From NCBI GenBank assembly GCA_018623875.1, contig JAAZUZ010000001.1, positions 1-46,164 of the forward strand: 46,164 bases of DNA, in the 5' to 3' direction. This document shows positions 10,964 through 19,018 of this stretch, in pieces. The number at the start of each line of letters is the position of its first letter. Position 1 is the stretch's first letter. Position numbers and translations under genes: made by a program. The notes under the pieces are model-generated. The model was given only the letters and a program-made list of their open reading frames with translations. It searched no databases and was not told the origin of the DNA. This stretch comes from Synechococcus sp. HW_metabat.21 (lineage in GTDB: Bacteria > Cyanobacteriota > Cyanobacteriia > PCC-6307 > Cyanobiaceae).

Positions 10964-11389
10964 ATGGGCCAGAGCCAACTCACGTCAGCCGCTGACGCCT
11001 TTGCCGCCATCGCCCTAGCCGCGATCGCCGCCGATGGGGAGCTCAGCGCCGTGGAGGCCAGGGCACTGCGACAACAACTGGAATTCCGGCAACCTTTCCG
11101 TCGCTTCAGCGACCAGCAGATGGGAGAGCTGCTGGATCGGGTCCTCGCCCAGTACCGCGGGAGCAGCTGCGACGTCCTCGTGAAGCAGGCCACTTCTCTT
11201 CTGTCCACGGAACAACGGGAAACGGCTTTGGCCGTTGCCGCCCATTTGATCCACGCTGATCACATCGAGACCCAGGCGGAGCTGAGCTTTTTGGCCCAGC
11301 TGCAGGAGACCTTTGGCCTGGATGCGATGCGGAGTGCATCAATCCTGGAGGTGATCTCCCTGTTGCACCGCGACAGCCTGGCCAGCTAA
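10964..11389 (+). CDS. Tellurite resistance TerB-family protein
   Basis: AFAAIALAAIAADGELSAVE...RETALAVAAHLIHAD...ELSFL TerB pattern; start ATG 10940 or 10964. Confidence 0.75.
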   Translation: MGQSQLTSAADAFAAIALAAIAADGELSAVEARALRQQLEFRQPFRRFSDQQMGELLDRVLAQYRGSSCDVLVKQATSLLSTEQRETALAVAAHLIHADHIETQAELSFLAQLQETFGLDAMRSASILEVISLLHRDSLAS

Positions 11390-11398
11390 CGGCAGACT

Positions 11399-12106
11399 GT
11401 GTCGAGGTTGAAGCGTTCGCTGGTGCGTCATTTCCTTCGCAGCAAGCTCTGGTCTGTGGTCATGGTGGCCGCTTTGGCGATCACCGGGCTCATCGCTCCC
11501 TCCGCTGCTTTCGCCACCGGCGCGGCTGATTTCCCTTCCCAGAGCCCCAGCGGACATGTGCTCGACAGCGCTGAATTGCTCAGCCGGGCTGCCAGCGGCG
11601 ATGTCAACCAGCGGCTCGAGCAGTTCTCCGACTTGGGTGTCGATGCACGCCTGGTCACCCTGCGGCGCTTGGACTACGGCCTGAGCTTGGAGACGCTTGG
11701 CGAGGAATTGCTGCAGCAGTGGCACGAAGAGACCAGCCGCGAGGGCATGCTCCTCCTGCTGATTGAGGCCCAAAACAACAGCGCTGCAATCGTGGCGAGC
11801 GCTGATCTCCTCGAGCAACTGCCGGCCAGCCTGCTTTCGAGCACCGCGATCAGCACGATGGGCTTACCCCTGCGCGAAGGATCCCGCTACCGCCAGGCCA
11901 GCCTCGATGCCCTGGGTCGCCTCGAAGTCGTGCTTCAAGGCGGTGAGGATCCCGGTCCCCCGCAGCTGGTGGAGCGGATGCCCGTGGAGACCAACGTTCC
12001 CAGCAAGGAAGAAACCGCCTCCAGCAACGCCTTCCTTTGGGTTGTCGTTTTGCTGGTCGTTGGCACCCTGGTACCGATGATCACCTGGTGGGTCTTCTCC
12101 CGCTGA
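11399..12106 (+). CDS. psb32: Photosystem II repair protein Psb32 (TPM domain)
   Basis: Signal peptide; VLDSAELLSR, LVTLRRLDYG, GEDPGPP; C-terminal TM ending VPMITWWVFS. Confidence 0.85.
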   Translation: MSRLKRSLVRHFLRSKLWSVVMVAALAITGLIAPSAAFATGAADFPSQSPSGHVLDSAELLSRAASGDVNQRLEQFSDLGVDARLVTLRRLDYGLSLETLGEELLQQWHEETSREGMLLLLIEAQNNSAAIVASADLLEQLPASLLSSTAISTMGLPLREGSRYRQASLDALGRLEVVLQGGEDPGPPQLVERMPVETNVPSKEETASSNAFLWVVVLLVVGTLVPMITWWVFSR

Positions 12107-12113
12107 GGCCTGC

Positions 12114-13259
12114 ATGGGGTTGACCGATTGGATTGGAAGCTTTGATCGAGCCAGTACCCACGATCTGAGCAACAACCTGGAGCAGGCCTACGAAGCCGCC
12201 TTGCTCATCCAGAGCCTCGAGCTCGAGTACTACAACGACCGTCCTGTCAGGCCGGAGCTCGATCTCAGCATTCCTAAATCCGCCAAGGCCCTGATGCTTC
12301 GGCGTTTCCGTGCCGCGCTGCAGGTGGCCCAGGAGAACCTGGCTGATGTGGCTCCCAAACGGGCGGAGCTCGACAGTCAAGAGCTCAGGCAACTGCAACT
12401 GGTCGAGAGCGTCGTCTCGCGATATGGCCGGGCGCGATCAAGCTCGCCCTCGATGTCCCGTTCGCCCGAGATGCTGCCCCGCAGCCTTCTGGGCGTGTTC
12501 GACGGGGTTCGCCGGCAACTGGACCCAGAAGCGGAGGCCTCGGTGGTAGCCGGTTTCCGCCGAAGGCGCGATTCCACCCTGGTGTCCCTGCGGGTACTGC
12601 TGCTGCTGATCCTGGTGCCACTGGTGATTCAACAGGGCAGCCGAAGTTTGTTGATCTCACCCTTGATGGATCGCTATGCACCAGAGATCCCGTTTCTGAA
12701 CTACACGAAGCCCCACCTGCAGGAAAAGGCCGTCGCCAAGCTGCGGCTCTACCAGCAGGAATTGGAGTTTGAAGCGCTCCTGGAAGGAAAGCAGCCGCCT
12801 TCCCCTGAAGACATTCAATCCGCACTGGCCCGGCGGGCGAATGCACTCAAGGATGAGGCCGATGCCGAGAGCATTGAGGCTTCGAAGAACGTCCTGGCTG
12901 ACCTTGCAGCGCTCATTGGCTTCGTTCTGGTTTGCTTGTCCTGCCGTCGGGACCTTCAGGTGCTTCGCGGCTTCCTCGATGAAGCCGTCTACGGCTTAAG
13001 CGACAGCGCCAAGGCCTTCGCGATCATCCTCTTTACCGACATTTTTGTGGGCTTCCACAGCCCAGAAGGCTGGACGGTGCTCTTGGACGGAATCGCCCAT
13101 CACCTGGGCTTACCGGCGGAGGAGAACTTCATCCTCTTGTTCATTGCCACTTTCCCAGTGGTTCTGGCCACGATCTTTAAGTACTGGATCTTCCGTTACC
13201 TCAACCGCGTGTCTCCATCGGCTGTGGCCACCCTCAAGAACATGAATGGTGGCGGCTGA
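12114..13259 (+). CDS. pxcA: Proton extrusion protein PxcA/CemA
   Basis: YGLSDSAKAFAIILFTDIFVGFHSPEGW and FPVVLATIFKYWIFRYLNRVSPSAVAT CemA signature. Confidence 0.93.
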   Translation: MGLTDWIGSFDRASTHDLSNNLEQAYEAALLIQSLELEYYNDRPVRPELDLSIPKSAKALMLRRFRAALQVAQENLADVAPKRAELDSQELRQLQLVESVVSRYGRARSSSPSMSRSPEMLPRSLLGVFDGVRRQLDPEAEASVVAGFRRRRDSTLVSLRVLLLLILVPLVIQQGSRSLLISPLMDRYAPEIPFLNYTKPHLQEKAVAKLRLYQQELEFEALLEGKQPPSPEDIQSALARRANALKDEADAESIEASKNVLADLAALIGFVLVCLSCRRDLQVLRGFLDEAVYGLSDSAKAFAIILFTDIFVGFHSPEGWTVLLDGIAHHLGLPAEENFILLFIATFPVVLATIFKYWIFRYLNRVSPSAVATLKNMNGGG

Positions 13260-13827
13260 AACCAGCCCTACAGCGGGCTTGATCGTGGTCACAGGGCCCA
13301 GTCGCAGCGGCAAAAGCCGTTGGGCGGAATATCTGGCCGGACAGCACCCAGGACCGGTCGTTTATCTCGCCACGGGCCAGCCCCCCGGCGAAGACGGCAG
13401 TTGGTCAAAACGGGTGGCAGACCATCGGGAGCGTCGCCCGGAGGATTGGCAGACCCTGGAGGTGGGCGCGGGGTTAACCGAGGCCCTGGCGGGTCTGAAC
13501 CAGTCCATGCAGCCTGGCCGGCCTCGCCTCCTGCTCGTGGATGCTCTCGGCACTTGGCTCGCTCAGCACCTCGACGACAGCCCAGAGCAATGGCAGTCCC
13601 GATCGACGGCCTTACTCGATCAACTGGCCTGCCAGGGGGAGCCCGTCGTGCTGGTGATGGAGGAAGTGGGCTGGGGGTTGGTGCCGCCAACGGCCATCGG
13701 CGGGCTCTTCCGCGACAGGATGGGTGCCCTGCAACAGCGGTTGAACGCCATCAGCCTTGATGCCTGGTTGGTGGTGAACGGTCGAGCGCTCAACCTCCAT
13801 CAGCTAGGAATTCCTGTCCCGGGTTGA
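13246..13827 (+). CDS. cobU: Bifunctional adenosylcobinamide kinase / adenosylcobinamide-phosphate guanylyltransferase
   Basis: TGPSRSGKSRWAE, YLATG, HRERRP..W.TLE, EEVGWGLVP...FRD. Confidence 0.92.
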   Translation: MVAAETSPTAGLIVVTGPSRSGKSRWAEYLAGQHPGPVVYLATGQPPGEDGSWSKRVADHRERRPEDWQTLEVGAGLTEALAGLNQSMQPGRPRLLLVDALGTWLAQHLDDSPEQWQSRSTALLDQLACQGEPVVLVMEEVGWGLVPPTAIGGLFRDRMGALQQRLNAISLDAWLVVNGRALNLHQLGIPVPG

Positions 13828-13832
13828 TCGTC

Positions 13833-14306
13833 ATGCCCAAGGTGGTGCTCTTTCAGCCGGAGATCCCCCCCAATACAGGCAACGTGGCGCGGAGCTGCGC
13901 CGCGACTTGCACGGAACTGCATCTGATCGAACCACTCGGATTTCAGATCGATGACCGGACCTTGAAGCGCGCAGGGCTCGACTACTGGCCCTGGGTTCAG
14001 CTGGAGCGCCATGCCAACTGGGACGCGTTTCAAGCCTTTCGCCGTGAGCAGGGCGGTCGGCTACTCGCCCTCAGCCGCCATGCCAGTGAGCCTTATCACC
14101 GCATTGATTACCGCGCCGACGACTGGCTGTTGTTCGGACGGGAGAGCAGTGGGCTTCCGCCGGAGCTTCTCAGCGACGTTGACCAACGGCTGCTGATCCC
14201 GATGAGCGGATCGGTCGACCAGGGCGGTGGGGTGAGAAGCCTGAATCTCGCGACAGCCGTCGGCGTGGTCCTGTTCGAAGCGATTCGACAGCTGGATGCG
14301 GGCTGA
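13833..14306 (+). CDS. trmL: tRNA (cytidine/uridine(34)-2'-O)-methyltransferase, SpoU family
   Basis: VVLFQPEIPPNTGN, LKRAGLDYW, FGRESSGLP, RSLNLA. Confidence 0.93.
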   Translation: MPKVVLFQPEIPPNTGNVARSCAATCTELHLIEPLGFQIDDRTLKRAGLDYWPWVQLERHANWDAFQAFRREQGGRLLALSRHASEPYHRIDYRADDWLLFGRESSGLPPELLSDVDQRLLIPMSGSVDQGGGVRSLNLATAVGVVLFEAIRQLDAG

Positions 14307-14461
14307 ACGACTGCCGCACGACCTGTCTCAGCCTGAGATCTTGATGTGTCCAACTGAGAAGTGGGCCATTCCGGCTTGCGCCGGGTCCCGCCAGTCGTTA
14401 ATCTCGCGCCACCTGGGGGATGTTGGCTTCTCCGCCGGGCTTTGACCTTTGGCCAAACTGG

Positions 14462-15508
14462 ATGAAGCCTGTCCACTTCTTACTGACAACAGCAGCCAGC
14501 ACCGCGGCCCTTGGGGCTGCCGGCTCTGTGGTCGCCCCTTCCCTGGCTGATTCCAAATCAGCCTTACTTCCCCAGCTTTCTGCTCCACCCGCGATCAGTG
14601 CTGACCTGATCGCAGCCGCAACAGACCAACCCACCGAAGACAAAATCTGGGTCAAGGCGCGTCAAGCCATCACCCTCAAGCATCTCGCCCGCCAGATCGA
14701 TCAGGAGGACGCCCTCCTCTCAGAGCTCAACGACGTCAAAGCGGACCATGTCTTCGGCCGCAGCGAGTGGATGGTTCTGCCCAGCGGCAGCATCAAGCAA
14801 GTCAAGCTTGTTTCGGCTGTCGACACTTCTGAACTGCGCCGCAGCCCCCCGTTGGAGGCCCCGCCCGAGCCCAGCGAAACCGCCCGCATCAAGCGTGGTG
14901 ACAACACGCTGGCCAAAGTGGCGGAGCGCTACAACCTGAGCATTCAGAAACTGCTGAAACTCAATCCCAGCCTCCGGGGCGCTCAACTTGTCGTCGGCAC
15001 ACCGATCCGAGTGGCTCACGCCAATGCCGGCCGGAGCCGCATGGTCCTCGGTCTCAAACCCGTCGGATCCGGTGGACTCAGCTGGCCCGAGCAGCCCGAC
15101 TTCGGCGGCGGTGAGAACCTGAATGACCGCGCTTGGGTCTGGCCAACCAAGGGCATCTTCACCTCCGGCTACGGCTGGCGTTGGGGCCGGATGCATCGGG
15201 GCATCGACATCGCCAACAACATCGGCACCCCCATCGTTGCCGCGAAATCAGGCCAAGTGATTTCGGCTGGCTGGCATGGCGGCGGCTACGGCTACCTGGT
15301 CGAGATCCGCCACGCCGACGGCACCCTGACCCGCTACGGGCACAACAGCCGAATCCTGGTCCGCTCAGGCCAGATCGTCTCCCAGGGCAAGGTCATCTCC
15401 CTGATGGGCAGCACGGGTCGCAGCACCGGACCGCACCTCCACTTCGAGATGATCCCCGCCGGACGTGGAGCGGTGAATCCACTGGGGATGCTGCCACCAA
15501 GGGCCTGA
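14462..15508 (+). CDS. LysM / M23 peptidoglycan DD-metalloendopeptidase
   Basis: Signal peptide, LysM (DNTLAKVAERYNLS), WPTKG..TSGYGWRWGRMHRGIDIA, YGHN, STGPHLHFE. Confidence 0.9.
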   Translation: MKPVHFLLTTAASTAALGAAGSVVAPSLADSKSALLPQLSAPPAISADLIAAATDQPTEDKIWVKARQAITLKHLARQIDQEDALLSELNDVKADHVFGRSEWMVLPSGSIKQVKLVSAVDTSELRRSPPLEAPPEPSETARIKRGDNTLAKVAERYNLSIQKLLKLNPSLRGAQLVVGTPIRVAHANAGRSRMVLGLKPVGSGGLSWPEQPDFGGGENLNDRAWVWPTKGIFTSGYGWRWGRMHRGIDIANNIGTPIVAAKSGQVISAGWHGGGYGYLVEIRHADGTLTRYGHNSRILVRSGQIVSQGKVISLMGSTGRSTGPHLHFEMIPAGRGAVNPLGMLPPRA

Positions 15509-15545
15509 TCGCTGCTGCGAACAGGGTTTCGGCCCGGTGATCCTC

Positions 15546-15551
15546 TACAAT
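15546..15551 (+). promoter_or_regulatory. Putative -10 element (TACAAT) of tRNA-Met
   Basis: TACAAT ends 11 nt before the tRNA 5' end. Confidence 0.5.
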
Positions 15552-15562
15552 CAACGCACCGC

Positions 15563-15636
15563 GGCTCGGTAGCTCAGCTGGTTAGAGCGTGGGATTCATA
15601 ACCCCAAGGTCGGGAGTTCAAGTCTCCCCCGAGCCA
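15563..15636 (+). tRNA. tRNA-Met (CAT), probably elongator; CCA not encoded
   Basis: Acceptor GGCTCGG/CCGAGCC, D arm GCTC..GAGC, anticodon loop TT-CAT-AA, T loop GTTCAAGT; paired G1-C72 argues against fMet. Confidence 0.93.
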
Positions 15637-15644
15637 TTGCGCTG

Positions 15645-15668
15645 AGCCCCGCGAAAGCGGGGCTTTTT
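15645..15668 (+). terminator. Intrinsic terminator after tRNA-Met
   Basis: AGCCCCGC-GAAA-GCGGGGCT followed by TTTT. Confidence 0.85.
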
Positions 15669-15719
15669 GCTGTCTGCGAGGACGCCGCGCCTAGGGTCTG
15701 GCCAGTTGCTCTAGAACAG

Positions 15720-16208
15720 ATGGGCGCGGTCCGACCAACGTTAGGGCTGTTGGCGTGCTTGTCTCTGTTCCCCGGCAGCGCACTGGCCTGCGCCTGCTCG
15801 CCGGCCATGGAGGCGCCCATCAACGCGCTGTATCGCTGGCAAATCGATCGGCAGGGCACCCCGGGGCGGCCCCAGCTGAAAGCCATTCAGCCCCTCCTCA
15901 GCCCGACGCTGTTTCAGGACCTGAGCGCGGCCTATCAGCTCAATCCAGGGGAAGGCCGCGGCTATCTCGATTTCGACCCCTTTAGCGGAACGCAGGTCAC
16001 CACCCACAACGTGCTGGTGCTGAGCTGCACTGGCGAGAGCGCCGATGTCGTGGTTTTTGGGGGGCTGAGGGGCCGGCTCTCTGAAACGCCACAACGCCTT
16101 TCGCTCCAGATGCAAGAAGGACCGAGCGGGACTTGGGCCCTGGATGACATCACCGACCCCAGCGGTGTGCAATTGAGCAGCGTGCTCTCTGGGTTGTTGC
16201 AGCAGTGA
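15720..16208 (+). CDS. Exported hypothetical protein, DUF3828/YbjP-like
   Basis: Signal peptide (ALA cleavage), LY-W helix, LDFDPF motif and terminal W.LDDI strand resemble DUF3828. Confidence 0.55.
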   Translation: MGAVRPTLGLLACLSLFPGSALACACSPAMEAPINALYRWQIDRQGTPGRPQLKAIQPLLSPTLFQDLSAAYQLNPGEGRGYLDFDPFSGTQVTTHNVLVLSCTGESADVVVFGGLRGRLSETPQRLSLQMQEGPSGTWALDDITDPSGVQLSSVLSGLLQQ

Positions 16209-16801
16209 TTCCCCTGCTTTGTCTTTGCGGCCCTTCAGCCGCAGGGAAAACCAGCATGGCGCGGGCGCTGCAAACCTCGCTCGATCGGGACGGGATCAGG
16301 GTGTTACCCCTCTCCTGTGACGACTACTACTGGGCCGAATGGACGCCGGATTCGGTCTATGGCTACGACACCCCTGCCGGGATTGACAGTGTGGCTTTGC
16401 TGGCAGAGCTGGGGCAGCTCTGCAGGCAACACGCCAACAGCCTTCGGCGCTACGACATGGTCAGCCACAAGGTCTGGCGTGAATCCTGCACGCACGACTA
16501 CGACTTGGTTGTTCTCGAGGGCGCCTTCGGCCCTCAGGCCTTACTGGGGCAGCCGCTGCTGCGATCCCTGGTGTATTTGGAGCTGGCACTGCCGCTGAGG
16601 CTCTGGCGCCGGCAACGCCGTGATCGGCGGGAACGCGGCCATTCCCTGTCCTACGTGATCCGCCAGACCGTATTCGAGACGCTGCCCGGCGAGCGTGACT
16701 TCATTCATCCCTTAAAGCAGAGAGCAGACCTCGTGATCCAAAACAGCCCGTCAGGCCTTGCGACACTGACGCAGCACGCCCGCTCACTCGTCGCGCCATG
16801 A
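16205..16801 (+). CDS. udk: Uridine/cytidine kinase-family protein
   Basis: P-loop GPSAAGKT, DDYY, YDMVSH, VVLEG, RRQRRDRRERG, FIHPLKQRADLVI; GTGA overlap with upstream ORF. Confidence 0.75.
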   Translation: MIPLLCLCGPSAAGKTSMARALQTSLDRDGIRVLPLSCDDYYWAEWTPDSVYGYDTPAGIDSVALLAELGQLCRQHANSLRRYDMVSHKVWRESCTHDYDLVVLEGAFGPQALLGQPLLRSLVYLELALPLRLWRRQRRDRRERGHSLSYVIRQTVFETLPGERDFIHPLKQRADLVIQNSPSGLATLTQHARSLVAP

Positions 16802-17448
16802 CCCAAACCGATGGAGCAAGGCTGATGAATGGCCCTGAAACCGCGAGAAGCACGTTGCTGCTTGCTCACGGTGCGGGCGCGCCCATGGACAGCAGCTGGA
16901 TGGAAACCGTTGCCGACGGTTTGGGAGCTTGCGGCATCCGGGTCGTGCGCTTTGAGTTCCCCTACATGCAGCGAAGCCGCGAGTTGGGTCGACGTTGTGG
17001 GCCGGATCGACTTCCCAAGCTCCTCGATGCCTACCGCGAGGAGGTGAGACGCGAACAACGTCGCGACAGCACAGGAAACCTGTTCATCGGCGGGAAGTCT
17101 TTGGGAGGACGCGTCGCAAGCCTGCTGGTCGACTCACTGGAGGATGTTCAAGGCTGCCTTTGCCTCGGCTATCCCTTTCACCCCCCCGGAAAACCAGAGA
17201 CGCTTCGCACCGAGCATCTCGAAACCATGCACTCCCCATGCCTGATCCTCCAGGGGGAGCGGGACAGCTTTGGACGCCGAGAGGAAGTGGAGCACTATTC
17301 CCTGGCCCGCTCCGTGGAGCTGTCCTGGTTGCCAAGCGGGGACCACAGCTTGAAGCCCACGAAGGCGTCCGGATTCAGCGAGGCAGACAACCTCAAAGCC
17401 GCCATCGACTGCTGTCAGGGCTTTATCACCCGTCACCAACAGAGGTAG
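16798..17448 (+). CDS. Alpha/beta hydrolase (KANL3/Tex30-like family)
   Basis: LAHGAGAPMDS, RFEFPYM, GGKSLGGR nucleophile elbow, GYPFHPPGK, QGERDSFG, GDHSLKP; ATGA overlap. Confidence 0.85.
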   Translation: MTQTDGARLMNGPETARSTLLLAHGAGAPMDSSWMETVADGLGACGIRVVRFEFPYMQRSRELGRRCGPDRLPKLLDAYREEVRREQRRDSTGNLFIGGKSLGGRVASLLVDSLEDVQGCLCLGYPFHPPGKPETLRTEHLETMHSPCLILQGERDSFGRREEVEHYSLARSVELSWLPSGDHSLKPTKASGFSEADNLKAAIDCCQGFITRHQQR

Positions 17449-17512
17449 CCCAGGCCACCACCTCACGGGCGCAGGCGCGGAAGAATCAAACGGATACGGC
17501 GGTCAACGACCG

Positions 17513-17692
17513 ATGCGCGAGATTGTCTTTCTTGTTGCCAACTCGGCGGCAACCCTTCAGGCCAAAAGTGAATCGCCGAGCTTGACGGTTTGCTCCAGCA
17601 ACCTTGAGGAGCTCCACCACGCCGCGCGGGACGCCCTGATCGAGCACTTTGGCCCCAGCCATGGGGCCTACAAGGTGCGCTTTAAGCGCTAA
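17513..17692 (+). CDS. 59-aa small protein, HicB N-terminal-like fold (not in ORF track)
   Basis: Manual translation MREIVFLVANSAATLQAKSESPSLTVCSSNLEELHHAARDALIEHFGPSHGAYKVRFKR*; beta-beta-beta-alpha pattern with 'LEEL...RDAL..HF'. Confidence 0.6.
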   Translation: MREIVFLVANSAATLQAKSESPSLTVCSSNLEELHHAARDALIEHFGPSHGAYKVRFKR

Positions 17693-18467
17693 TGGCATCC
17701 ATGGCTTGGGGAATGCGCTGGAACATGTAGCCCAGCCCCCGAGCCGTCAGGATCAACTCGGGATTCTCCGGGTCATCCTCGAGCTTGGCGCGCAGACGGG
17801 AGATGTGTACATCGACGACCCGACTGTCGGAGGAGCGCTCCGGTTTGTAGCCCCAAACCTTTTCGAGCATGTCGAGACGGCTAATGGGTTCGCCGGAGCG
17901 GCTGATCAGCAGTTCAAGGAGGTTGAACTCCATGCCGGTCAAGCGGATCCGCTCATCACCGCGGTGGGCTTGGCGCTTGTTGAAATCGATGCTCAGGTCA
18001 CCGACCACGACCACATGGGCCGTGCGACCCGGTCCGGCCACACCGTTGGCCTGAACCGAGCTAACGCGACGCATGACACAGCGGATCCGAGCCTCCAGTT
18101 CCTTAGGGCTGAAGGGCTTGACCATGTAGTCATCAGCCCCGAGCTGAAGCCCCGTAATCCGATCAGCCACATCACCAAGGGCCGTCAGGAGGATGATCGG
18201 AACCTCCGATTGCGCACGGATTCGCTCCGTCACGGCAAAGCCGTCAAGCTCGGGCATCATCACGTCCAACACCACCACATCGGGCTCCGAGGCGCGGAAG
18301 TGCTCGAGGGCCTGGGCGCCGTTTTCAGCCAGCGTGACCTGGTGGCCCAGCATCACCAGGCGGGTTTCCAGGATGCGGCGGATATTGTCTTCGTCGTCAG
18401 CGACCAGAATCTTGAGGGGAGCGTTCGCGGTCGTCGCTTCAGTCAAGGGAATGGGTTCTGTTCTCAA
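17682..18467 (-). CDS. OmpR-family response regulator, RpaB-like paralogue
   Basis: ILVADDE..IRRILETRL, LDVMMP, LTALGDVADRITGL, KPFSPKELEARIR, RLTGMEF, VVDVHISRLRAKLEDDP, ILTARG; TTG start uncertain. Confidence 0.9.
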   Translation of the reverse strand: MRTEPIPLTEATTANAPLKILVADDEDNIRRILETRLVMLGHQVTLAENGAQALEHFRASEPDVVVLDVMMPELDGFAVTERIRAQSEVPIILLTALGDVADRITGLQLGADDYMVKPFSPKELEARIRCVMRRVSSVQANGVAGPGRTAHVVVVGDLSIDFNKRQAHRGDERIRLTGMEFNLLELLISRSGEPISRLDMLEKVWGYKPERSSDSRVVDVHISRLRAKLEDDPENPELILTARGLGYMFQRIPQAMDAISA

Positions 18468-18550
18468 TTAACGAATAACTGAGCGCGGTGCCCTTTATGA
18501 AGGAACAACAGGCTTTGTAACGATTGCCTCAGTCGAGCCTGCGGGACTGC

Positions 18551-18865
18551 TTAGTTGTCGGGTTCCTGAAATGCATCCAGCAGAACAGGGACCGTCACGA
18601 TTGGGTCAAAGCTCGTGATGGCGGGTTGCTGAGACTGTGGCTCAGGTTGGCGCCGGACCCGATTTGGGGTGGATCGCACGGGCGCGGCGGCCGCTTGATC
18701 GGCCTCGCTGCGGCGACGAACCGGATTGCGACGGCTGGGCTCAGGCCGACTGGTGGAGAGCGGACGCTGAATCGGTTGGTCCTTGAGCTCGCCACGCAGC
18801 TGGTTCAGGAGACGAAAATGCCCCGTGGTGTTGTATTTCCGCAGCAGCGTGGGATCCCAAGCCAT
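18551..18865 (-). CDS. Small hypothetical protein (MAWDPTLLRKYNTTGHFRLLNQLRGEL...) with Arg/Pro-rich tail
   Basis: ATG at 18865, 104 aa; N-terminal motif resembles a small picocyanobacterial conserved-hypothetical family (recalled, not searched). Confidence 0.6.
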   Translation of the reverse strand: MAWDPTLLRKYNTTGHFRLLNQLRGELKDQPIQRPLSTSRPEPSRRNPVRRRSEADQAAAAPVRSTPNRVRRQPEPQSQQPAITSFDPIVTVPVLLDAFQEPDN

Positions 18866-19018
18866 CAGCGCTTGTCCGTAATGCCCACAGCCTATGGGGC
18901 AGCACGACATCTGTAGAAGCGTGATAAATTGTTGCGGTGACAACTGGAAGTCGATCCGGGTTCGCATTAAGTGCAAACCGCTTCGTTTTCCCTGTCTCCA
19001 ACACTCATCTCACTGACT

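Noticed and set aside
15563-15636. tRNA as initiator fMet or Ile2
   Set aside because: Paired first base pair argues against fMet; the sequence looks like an elongator Met type, though Ile2 cannot be fully excluded without tRNAscan-SE isotype models
17486-17698. 70-aa minus-strand ORF
   Set aside because: The opposite-strand 59-aa ORF (17513-17692) has a more protein-like pattern and explains the region
17736-17745. CCCCCGAGCC matching the tRNA-Met 3' end (possible attR)
   Set aside because: Only 10 bp, GC-rich, and lies inside the conserved TARG codons of the response regulator; no integrase nearby
18912-18925. Possible NtcA site GTAGAAGCGTGATA between the WDP gene and prx
   Set aside because: The right half is ATA rather than TAC; too weak
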